The translations under genes were made by a program, and so were the position numbers. Positions 19,787-28,103 of a stretch of DNA of 64,000 bases are shown piece by piece (within the stretch, counting starts at the first letter, position 1; each line of letters opens with the position of its first letter). Under the pieces are notes generated by a model that saw only the letters and a list, made by a program, of their open reading frames with translations, searched no databases and had not been told where the DNA came from. This DNA comes from Oceanispirochaeta sp. (GTDB lineage Bacteria > Spirochaetota > Spirochaetia > DSM-2461). The stretch is taken from NCBI GenBank assembly GCA_963666275.2, contig CAXXOA010000001.1, forward strand, positions 896,001 to 960,000, given 5' to 3'.

Positions 19787-20656
19787 CTAGGATAAAGACT
19801 GTACACCTTCCCGGCTGGAAAGGTAGTTTACATGAGTTCTGATGCCTTCCGCTTCCAGTTCCATTATCAGGTTTTTCCTGATATCCGCTTCCAGTTCCCA
19901 GGCATCACTGGGTGAGGCTGCCCAGGCGGCGATCCAGCAGGTTACCGATTTTTCTTCTGTTTTCATGACCCAGAAGGAGGGGGGTTCCACTCCCAGGTAT
20001 TTAGGGGAATTATTGGTAACTCTGAGTGCAATCTCCTCCAGTTTATCCATATCCGTTCCATAGGCTACGGAAAACTCGACATGACCCCAGATCCATTTAT
20101 CAAAAAGACTGTAGTTCAGAAAATCCGAGTAGATCATTTCGCTGTTGGGTATGACATACCTTTTCCAGTTCCAGAGCTTCACGACCGTATGGGTGGGGGA
20201 GATATCTTCTATGGTTCCGTAATTGCTGTTGATCAGAATCGTATCTCCGATGTTGACCATTTTTGAAGCAGTTATGGCAATTCCGGCCAGAAAATTTTCA
20301 ATGAACGGTTTGGCCGCCATACCTGTTATGATAGCCGCCGCACCTACCAGTATGGAAATATAGGCCTGGGGAAGCCTGTCGACAAAAGGAAAAGCAATGG
20401 CCAGGATGAAAAGGACAAGCAGAGTTGTCACTGTGACATTCTTTATTATAGTGAACCTGGCGGTAACCTTGTTTTTCGCCTGGGATTTAAATGTTCTGTT
20501 GGGATGATTCAGCGGTGTGGATGTGGAAATGGGACTTGTACTTTTCAGATCGTCGATCTTGTCTTTTCTTTTTTTAAGAGCTCTTTTAAATACAAGTTGG
20601 AGTGAAATCAGCAGAATCAGGGCAATGGATGAAAAAATAATAATCTGTGTATACAT
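19787..20656 (-). CDS. Small-conductance mechanosensitive channel family protein
   Basis: ENFLAGI, IGDTI, GTIEDI, VIPNS, VAYGTD. Confidence 0.85.
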   Translation of the reverse strand: MYTQIIIFSSIALILLISLQLVFKRALKKRKDKIDDLKSTSPISTSTPLNHPNRTFKSQAKNKVTARFTIIKNVTVTTLLVLFILAIAFPFVDRLPQAYISILVGAAAIITGMAAKPFIENFLAGIAITASKMVNIGDTILINSNYGTIEDISPTHTVVKLWNWKRYVIPNSEMIYSDFLNYSLFDKWIWGHVEFSVAYGTDMDKLEEIALRVTNNSPKYLGVEPPSFWVMKTEEKSVTCWIAAWAASPSDAWELEADIRKNLIMELEAEGIRTHVNYLSSREGVQSLS

Positions 20657-20754
20657 ATATCTATTCTAATAGGCTGATATTATTTGTCTATAGGATAGCT
20701 TCCTTCTCGGCAAAGCTCACGGGATAAAATCGTAAAATTCAGGAAGAAAAGCCG

Positions 20755-20785
20755 CAGGGAGACCCCGGATCCGGAGCCTCCCTGA
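20755..20785. terminator. Hairpin downstream of the SBP gene
   Basis: cagggag...ccggatccgg...ctccctg. Confidence 0.45.
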
Positions 20786-20796
20786 AAGGTATATGT

Positions 20797-21777
20797 CTAT
20801 TCGGTGATCACTGTCTGAGCCATTGCCAGGGCTTCCGGTGTAAACGTGATACCCACTTTTTCTGCAACCGCAGTGTTCAGTATCAGGTTCATATTGGCTG
20901 TCTCACTGATAATATCAGTGGGCATTTCACTTGTATCAGCTCCCTTCAGGACCTTATCCATAACTCTCGCCGTTCTCTGTCCCACATAGTACCAGTCAAA
21001 TCCCCAGGCCGCCAGAACGGGATTTTCCATAGCCGAAGAGGGATCTGCCGAAAGCACGGGGATACCATGTTCCATGGCTGTTACAGTCAGACTGCTCAGG
21101 GCCGATACAACCGTGTTATCTGTAGAAACATAGATGGCATCCACCCGGCCCATCAGGGACTGGGTGGCGGATTTCACCTCTGCAGAGGAGTTGACGGCAG
21201 TGGCAATATATTCAAGACCCAGTTCCTGACAGGCCAGTTCTGTCTGTCTGGCCTGATACATGGCGCTGTCATCATTTCCGGAATATACCTGCCCCAGAGC
21301 CTTTACGTCTGTCAGATCCATCAAAAACTGCAGCTGCTCTACAACAGGGGTCTGGTGAGAGGTTCCGGCGATTCCCGGCTCTCCCTTTTCAAGAGAATCA
21401 ACCATTCCGGCAGAAACAGGATCCGATATGGCTGCGTAGATAATGGGAACATCTTTGATGGCCATCTGCAAAGCCTGTGTCGTAGGAGTCGCTATACCCA
21501 CGACCATATCCATCTTCTTTGATTTGAATAGGCTGGCAATCTGTGTCGCTGTGCTTGCATCGGCATTGGCATTCTGATAATCAAACTCAATATTGTCATA
21601 ACCGAGAACAGCCATTTCATCCATAATCCCCTGTGCCACCGCATCCAGGGCAGGGTGCTGTACAAACTGGGATATGCCGATTTTCAGAGTTTCATTCTCT
21701 GTGTCTTTCTGTCCTTCTCCGGATACTCCTGCAGATATCACCAGGAAAGCTATTAACAGCATTGCTGCCTTTTTCAT
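20797..21777 (-). CDS. ABC transporter substrate-binding protein (ABC_sub_bind, aromatic amino acid type), orphan
   Basis: IGISQFVQHPALD, GIATP, AAISDPV, TDNTV. Confidence 0.85.
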   Translation of the reverse strand: MKKAAMLLIAFLVISAGVSGEGQKDTENETLKIGISQFVQHPALDAVAQGIMDEMAVLGYDNIEFDYQNANADASTATQIASLFKSKKMDMVVGIATPTTQALQMAIKDVPIIYAAISDPVSAGMVDSLEKGEPGIAGTSHQTPVVEQLQFLMDLTDVKALGQVYSGNDDSAMYQARQTELACQELGLEYIATAVNSSAEVKSATQSLMGRVDAIYVSTDNTVVSALSSLTVTAMEHGIPVLSADPSSAMENPVLAAWGFDWYYVGQRTARVMDKVLKGADTSEMPTDIISETANMNLILNTAVAEKVGITFTPEALAMAQTVITE

Positions 21778-21897
21778 GATTTTTCTCCCTATTTTAAAAA
21801 AATCTATGTTTCTTTGTGTAGAAACGTTTCTTCCTAAAAGTACAGTCTACACGGGTTTTGGTCAAGACTGTGGAAGAAAAAAAATATTTCAGGAGCA

Positions 21898-23229
21898 ATG
21901 AAATTGACACGTCAGGTCGGACTTTCTACCATAGGCCCCATGAAAAGCATCACTCTTCCCTATGGAGAAACCATTCAGACAAGCTCTCTTCCCGATAACT
22001 GGGAGGGGACAATGATCGAGTCGTCCTATCAAAGTGAGGAAAAATCCTTTGAGACAATGGCAGAAGAAGCCCTGGCGTCTCCCATCGCTTCTAAGCGTCT
22101 GAAGGACCTTGTGAATAAAGGGGAGACTGTCTGCCTGGTTTTTTCCGATATTACCCGTTCCTGGCAGCAGACCCACCGGTATCTCCCTCTTCTGACGGCA
22201 GAACTGGAGAAGGGGGGAGTTCGCAGTGATGATATTACACTTCTCTGTGCCCTGGGCACTCACAGGCCCCACAGTGAAGAAGAGAAGAAGACGCTGGTGG
22301 GACCTCTCTACGGTAAATACCGATTTGTCGACCATAACTGTGATGACAGGGAAAACCTTGTGTACCTGGGAACAACCACCCGGGGGACAGAGGTCGAAAT
22401 CAACAGGATAGCCGCAGAAGCGGATCATCTGATTCTGACCGGAGGAATTGTATTCCATCTGATGGCCGGTTACAGCGGCGGGAGAAAATCCCTTCTTCCG
22501 GGAATCAGCAGCAGAAAAACCATAATGCAGAACCACTCTCTCAGCCTTCATCCCGAAAAGGGAAAAGGGTCTCATCCTGATATCGGCTGCGATAAAATAG
22601 AGGGAAACCATCTCCATGAAGATCTGGAAGAGGCTTCGGATTTTATCAGACCTTCCTTCCTTGTGAATATTGTGCCCGGTAAAAGCGGACCGGGAGCGGT
22701 TGTGGCCGGTCACTACCGGGAGGCCCATAAAGCCGGCTGTGCCAGACTCAGAGATTTTTTCCGCATCGGCATACCCGAAAAAAGGGACCTGGTCATTGCT
22801 TCGGCCGGGGGATTCCCCGGTGATATCAACTTCTATCAAACTGTGAAATCCCTCATAAACAGCTGTGAGGCTCTCAACCCGGGGGGACGTCTGATCCTGA
22901 CAGCACGCTGCCATGAAGGGCTGGGGAATCCGCTGATGGAGGAGATGATCCGGGATTATCCGGATATGCAGTCCCGGGAAAGTTTTCTCAGGGAGAATTA
23001 CACAATCGGCAGATTCATAGCCTATTACGGTTGTGAGGTGGCCTCCCGGTTCAAAGTCTATTTTGTTTCCGACATGAATCCGGAAGATCTTGTTCCCGCG
23101 GGAATCCGCTGCTTTACGACTCTGGAAGGGGCTGTTGATGCCTGCCGTGAGGATACGGACGGGAAGGATCTGAAGTTCTATCTGATCCCGGACAGCTCCC
23201 ACAGTTTTCCCTCTTTCGAAACTGTATAA
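21898..23229 (+). CDS. larA: Nickel-pincer lactate racemase family protein
   Basis: DITR, ALGTHR, GTTTRGT, FHLMAGYSGGRKSLLPG, NH, GGFPGDINFYQ. Confidence 0.85.
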   Translation: MKLTRQVGLSTIGPMKSITLPYGETIQTSSLPDNWEGTMIESSYQSEEKSFETMAEEALASPIASKRLKDLVNKGETVCLVFSDITRSWQQTHRYLPLLTAELEKGGVRSDDITLLCALGTHRPHSEEEKKTLVGPLYGKYRFVDHNCDDRENLVYLGTTTRGTEVEINRIAAEADHLILTGGIVFHLMAGYSGGRKSLLPGISSRKTIMQNHSLSLHPEKGKGSHPDIGCDKIEGNHLHEDLEEASDFIRPSFLVNIVPGKSGPGAVVAGHYREAHKAGCARLRDFFRIGIPEKRDLVIASAGGFPGDINFYQTVKSLINSCEALNPGGRLILTARCHEGLGNPLMEEMIRDYPDMQSRESFLRENYTIGRFIAYYGCEVASRFKVYFVSDMNPEDLVPAGIRCFTTLEGAVDACREDTDGKDLKFYLIPDSSHSFPSFETV

Positions 23230-23397
23230 ACAGTTTAAGCACAGGGAGGATAGCAAAACTCCTCTGATGACTTTATGAAATTCCAGTTTTCCCGGCGGTA
23301 AAAACCATACAAAAATGTCGGAGAAACCCGTTTTTTCCTAAAATAGCGGGAGGCCAGGGGCGAAATCTTTCCAGGCGGTAACAGAGAATCTCTGTTC

Positions 23398-23413
23398 TGT
23401 TATAATAGTCTGC
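23398..23413 (+). promoter_or_regulatory. Extended -10 promoter implying a leaderless amt-mcp transcript
   Basis: TGT-TATAAT-N7-ATG; no Shine-Dalgarno. Confidence 0.65.
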
Positions 23414-25759
23414 ATGAACAAAAAGTTGGTTATTCTGATTTTAGTATTGAGCCTTTACCCTCTTGCTTCCCAATCACTCAGCGACAGTGAAATCTTCCGG
23501 GAGTACGATAAGAGGATAGACAGGATTCAGACGGATCTGGATTATGTCTGGGTTCTTATTTCCGCTGCCCTTGTCTTTTTTATGCAGCCCGGTTTTATGG
23601 CACTCGAAGCGGGTATGGCCCGATCCAAAAACTCCATCAATGTTTCCATTAAAAATCTGACAGATTTTGTTCTGGGAGTCATCGGTTTCTGGATTATCGG
23701 ATTCGGCCTGATGTTTGGTAAATCCCATGGCGGCCTTTTCGGGACAAGCGATTTTCTTATCTCCATTGAAGATCCCTGGATCGCTGTATTTTTCATGTTT
23801 CAGTCCGTTTTTGTCGGTACAGCTGCCACCATCGATTCAGGAGCTATCTGCGAAAGGGCCAAGCTGAAGCAGTATATTCTTCTGTCTTTCCTCCTCTCCA
23901 TTTTCATCTATCCCGTTTTCGGTCACTGGGTCTGGGGAAGTTTTCTTCATGGAACAGATCCCTCTACCGGAGGCATGGGTTGGCTGGAAGCCCTGGGGTT
24001 CAAGGATTTTGCCGGGTCCTCAGTCGTTCACAGTCTGGGAGGATGGATGGCTCTGGCGGGGACTATTGTTGTGGGCCCCAGACTTGGCAAATTTCAGACC
24101 GATCCGGTTACGGGAAAACCCGGGGCATCCAATACCATTTATCCCGGTGACATGCGCTTTGTATTCCTGGGGACATTTATCCTGTTCTTCGGATGGTTCG
24201 GATTCAACTGCGGCTCCACACTGACGGCAACGCCCGATATAGCCTCGATTGCACTGAATACCACCCTGGCTGCCTGTTTCGGCTGTGTCGTTTCATCCGG
24301 TCTGAGTTGGATTTTTCATCCTGAAAAGAAAATTGAAGGGACTATGATTGCCAATGGGATTCTGGGAGGTCTGGTGGCCATCACAGCGGGATGTGCCTTT
24401 GTGGATACTTTTTCCTCCGCCCTGATCGGTGCCGTGGCGGGGATCGTTGTCTACGGATCGTCTATTCTTCTGGAAAGGGTATTCAAGCTGGATGATGTGG
24501 TCGGAGCTGTGCCTGTGCATGGATTCTGCGGAGTCTGGGGCACTCTGGCCGTAGGTTTTTTTATCCGTCCGGAACTTCTTGAAGAGATGACACGTTTTGA
24601 TCAGATAAAAGTACAGGCACTGGGAGTTCTTGTCTGTTTCGGATGGGCTTTCGGTCTGGGGCTTCTGCTCTACAAACTGGTAGACAGGTTTGCCGGGGGT
24701 GTGAGAGTTTCCATGGAAGACGAGATCTGCGGTCTCAATGTGGCGGAGCACGGAGCAAAATCCACCCTTCTGGAACTGGCCAACAGCATGAACGAACTGA
24801 CAAACCGCGGCAATTTTGAAGATCACAGGGGAATTGATGTTGAGACAGGAACCGAGGTAGGGGATCTGGCTGAAATTTTCAATAAACTTATTTCAAAAAT
24901 CAGTGAAGCCCTCAAAGAGAGCCGGCAGCAGCAGGATCTGGCAGAAAAGATGCTGAGGGAATCAAGAAAACAGCAGTCCCTGGCGGAAAAAGCCCAGTCA
25001 GATCTGAAAGACAATAAACAGGCGGCAGACCTGCTCCGGAAAGAGTACATCAGGAATACAGGAGAGATGGTGGGATCCGTCATCTCACGGAATGAAGAGA
25101 TCCGGAAGATGATGGAGGATACCTCGGCCGTAACGGAGCAGATGTTTTCCTCCTCCAGCACCCTCACGGAAACTCTGAACCGCATGCTGGAGTCTCTGAC
25201 AGGGGGATTTTCAAAAATCCATGAGGTCAATTCCATGTCAAAATCCGCTTCCGGCTATGCTGTCAGAACAAGGGATGTAATCTATGAGTTGCGGGAAATC
25301 TCCAGTGAAATACGTGAGATGATCCAGTTTATCAATGATATTGCGGAAAAAACCCACGTCCTGTCCATCAATTCCGCCATTGAAGCCGCCAGAACCGGCT
25401 CCAGGGGGCATGGATTCACTGTCATTTCCAAAGAGGTTCAGCAGCTTTCGGGACAGACGACAGAGACAGCCCAGAGCATCGGGAAAAAAGTAGAGGGGAT
25501 ATCGTCCACAATTTCTACAGTGGTGGAATCCATGGACAATATTACAAATATCATCGGGCAGGTTGATCTTATGAATAATGAGATCCTTACAATTATAGAG
25601 GAGAACGAAAACTTTACCAAACTTCTAGAAAATCAGTCCCATGAGACTCTCAGCGCCGTTGAGCATGTCAGTTCGGATGTAAAAACCATGGCGGAACAGG
25701 TTTCTGAAGTGTCAGGTATCGGTCAGAAGGTACTTGGAAAACTGAAAGAGATGGGATAA
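23414..25759 (+). CDS. amt: Ammonium transporter (Amt) fused to HAMP-like linker and MCP signalling domain
   Basis: FFMQPGF, HWVW, DFAGSSVVH, GWFGFNCGS, DDVVGAVPVHG; then IAEKTHVLSINSAIEAARTG..GHGFTVISKEVQQLS. Confidence 0.9.
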   Translation: MNKKLVILILVLSLYPLASQSLSDSEIFREYDKRIDRIQTDLDYVWVLISAALVFFMQPGFMALEAGMARSKNSINVSIKNLTDFVLGVIGFWIIGFGLMFGKSHGGLFGTSDFLISIEDPWIAVFFMFQSVFVGTAATIDSGAICERAKLKQYILLSFLLSIFIYPVFGHWVWGSFLHGTDPSTGGMGWLEALGFKDFAGSSVVHSLGGWMALAGTIVVGPRLGKFQTDPVTGKPGASNTIYPGDMRFVFLGTFILFFGWFGFNCGSTLTATPDIASIALNTTLAACFGCVVSSGLSWIFHPEKKIEGTMIANGILGGLVAITAGCAFVDTFSSALIGAVAGIVVYGSSILLERVFKLDDVVGAVPVHGFCGVWGTLAVGFFIRPELLEEMTRFDQIKVQALGVLVCFGWAFGLGLLLYKLVDRFAGGVRVSMEDEICGLNVAEHGAKSTLLELANSMNELTNRGNFEDHRGIDVETGTEVGDLAEIFNKLISKISEALKESRQQQDLAEKMLRESRKQQSLAEKAQSDLKDNKQAADLLRKEYIRNTGEMVGSVISRNEEIRKMMEDTSAVTEQMFSSSSTLTETLNRMLESLTGGFSKIHEVNSMSKSASGYAVRTRDVIYELREISSEIREMIQFINDIAEKTHVLSINSAIEAARTGSRGHGFTVISKEVQQLSGQTTETAQSIGKKVEGISSTISTVVESMDNITNIIGQVDLMNNEILTIIEENENFTKLLENQSHETLSAVEHVSSDVKTMAEQVSEVSGIGQKVLGKLKEMG

Positions 25760-25887
25760 CAGAGGGACTATGCCTCGGGACGTAAATCTGTACAGCCTCA
25801 CGGGAAAAATCCCTCCCTCCTATTGCATTCTCTCCGGGGTAAATTATACTTTATAGTAAACACCCTATTGAGAGAGACGGTTTATCA

Positions 25888-28005
25888 TTGAAACGCATTT
25901 TTCTGATACTTGTATGCCTGTTTTCAGCTGTCCTCCAGGCTGAACAGGCGTATTCAGTACTGTATATATCATCCTACGATTCCTCTTTTCCCACTTATCC
26001 CCTTCAGTCTGAAGGATTAAACGATGTATTCAGTCAAAGCGACTACACCATCGAAATGCATACGGAGTTCCTGGATTCAAAACGTTACTCCTATGAGGAA
26101 ATGAAGCGGATCCTGTACGGTAAACTCTCATTCAAGACCCGTATAACCGGTTCGTATGATTATGTTATTACCGCAGATGACAATGCTCTCATTTTTGCCC
26201 TGGAATATCAGGAAGAGCTCTTTCCCGGCATTCCCATTGTTTTTTTCGGAGTGAATAACCAGGATCTGGCCAGGCAGCAGAATTCCAATCCCCATGTAAC
26301 GGGATTCCCCGAAAAAATCTCCTTTAAGGAAACTGTTGACCTTATAAAAACGCTCATACCGGATCTCCGGAATATCCATATCATTTATGACGAAACCAGC
26401 AGCGGGTCCGCAGATTTTTTTGCCGCCCGGGAGTATCAGAGACAGATCCGGTCCATACCACTGGAGTATATCTCTCTGGGTAACCTTTCATTTGATGAGT
26501 TCGCGGCGGAACTGGAAAATCTGCAGCCGGATCAGCCTCTCATCCTCCTTTCAGCCTACAGAGACCGTCTGGACAGGACTCTGAGTTTTAATGAAAGTGT
26601 CAAACTGATAAGCAGTCACAGCAACGCCCCTGTATTCCATCTCTGGAGGCATGGGATCGGTAAAGGCCTTCTTGGCGGTTATGTGGTGGATCACAGATTT
26701 TATGCCGAACTGAGCGCCCGTCTGGTTCTGGATCTTATTCAGGGCGCGGATATTGCCGGAATACCTGTGTCCGAGGTCTCCCGGAACAGACCTCTCATCG
26801 ATTACAGGGTCCTGCAGAAATTCAACCTGGACAGAAGGCGTCTTCCCGAAGAGACGGTTCTTCTGAACCATGCTCCCCTGATTGATGAGAAATCACTTTC
26901 TATTATTATTATCCTGCTTGCCATTATCCTGGCTCTGACAGCTCTGATCCTCGTTATCCTGAGGTACCAGAAACTTCTTAAGAGCACGGAAAAGCGCTAT
27001 AGAGCCCTTTTCAATGAAAACAGAGTTCCCATCATCATTACAGATCCCCGGAACAGCAGTATCCTCTCCTGCAATGAGGCGGCAGAGGAACTGTACCGGG
27101 TCTCCCGGTACAGAAGTCTGGAAGAGATGAACCTGGACAATCATCCTGTGATCAATTACGACAGGGGAGATAAAAGCTATACGGTTATGACATTCTGTGA
27201 TGCCTCTGAGCAGCTCCGGTCGGTGGAAGTCATCTCCAATGAGTTTGAGCAGGAAACAGTCAGTTATCAGATTAATATGATTCACGACATTTCCGACAAG
27301 GAAGATCTTCTGAATCAGCTGAACAGGGCTGTTAAAATGGAAGCTATCGGCAAGGTGGCCAGCAGCTTCGCCCATGACTTCAATAACTACCTTCAGGGAA
27401 TTATCGGGTATATGGAACTTGTTCTGCAGAATCTGGATCCCGGGGATGAAAAAATCCGAGGGTATATGAATAAGAGTCTCTCTCTGGCTGCTTCATCATC
27501 GGAACTGGCAGGGAAACTTCTGTCCATTTCCCGTCAGAAGGAGATGGTTTTTGCCCCTGTAAATGTCAATCACATCCTGAAAGATGTTGTGGATTTCCTT
27601 TCCCATTCGGTCCGTAAAACAATTCCAGTTGTCTTTTCAACCCCCGAAGTGGAGTACTTCGCCCATGGCAACGAGGGAGATCTTCAGAATGCTCTGATCA
27701 ATCTGGGTCTGAATGCTGCAGATGCCATTGACGAGAGAGGGACCATCGAGTACAGGGTTAAATCGGATCCCGTATCGGATAAGGTGGAAATCGATATCAT
27801 CGATACGGGAAAGGGGATACCTGAAGGAGATCTGAACCGTATTTTTGATCCCTTTTACACGACCAAACCAAAAGGCGAAGGGACCGGACTGGGACTGCCT
27901 ACGGTCTACCAGATCATAGAACAGCATAGAGGCGATGTCCAGGTTCTCAGCAAAGTGGGCGAGGGGACCACTTTCAGAATATTCCTGCCCGCCATGAAGA
28001 ACTGA
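25888..28005 (+). CDS. Sensor histidine kinase with periplasmic SBP-like domain and PAS
   Basis: EFLDSKR, DDNAL, PIVFFGVN; TM; AHDFNNYL, GEGTGLGL. Confidence 0.87.
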   Translation: MKRIFLILVCLFSAVLQAEQAYSVLYISSYDSSFPTYPLQSEGLNDVFSQSDYTIEMHTEFLDSKRYSYEEMKRILYGKLSFKTRITGSYDYVITADDNALIFALEYQEELFPGIPIVFFGVNNQDLARQQNSNPHVTGFPEKISFKETVDLIKTLIPDLRNIHIIYDETSSGSADFFAAREYQRQIRSIPLEYISLGNLSFDEFAAELENLQPDQPLILLSAYRDRLDRTLSFNESVKLISSHSNAPVFHLWRHGIGKGLLGGYVVDHRFYAELSARLVLDLIQGADIAGIPVSEVSRNRPLIDYRVLQKFNLDRRRLPEETVLLNHAPLIDEKSLSIIIILLAIILALTALILVILRYQKLLKSTEKRYRALFNENRVPIIITDPRNSSILSCNEAAEELYRVSRYRSLEEMNLDNHPVINYDRGDKSYTVMTFCDASEQLRSVEVISNEFEQETVSYQINMIHDISDKEDLLNQLNRAVKMEAIGKVASSFAHDFNNYLQGIIGYMELVLQNLDPGDEKIRGYMNKSLSLAASSSELAGKLLSISRQKEMVFAPVNVNHILKDVVDFLSHSVRKTIPVVFSTPEVEYFAHGNEGDLQNALINLGLNAADAIDERGTIEYRVKSDPVSDKVEIDIIDTGKGIPEGDLNRIFDPFYTTKPKGEGTGLGLPTVYQIIEQHRGDVQVLSKVGEGTTFRIFLPAMKN

Positions 28006-28103
28006 TAAAAGGGAAAAATCACTGGCTATCGGTCTCTTTTTTGTTCTAGAATAAAATAAGGATAGACAGAGTCGCTGGAATCTGAAACTGAAACAGGAAA
28101 CAT

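Noticed and set aside
21889..23256. 455-aa antisense ORF over larA
   Set aside because: Shadow of a well-supported gene; no recognisable motifs
23230..23397. Riboswitch upstream of amt-mcp; TTTCCnGGCGGTAA occurs twice
   Set aside because: No riboswitch consensus recognised, and the promoter appears to lie downstream of this region; two copies are too weak to call an operator
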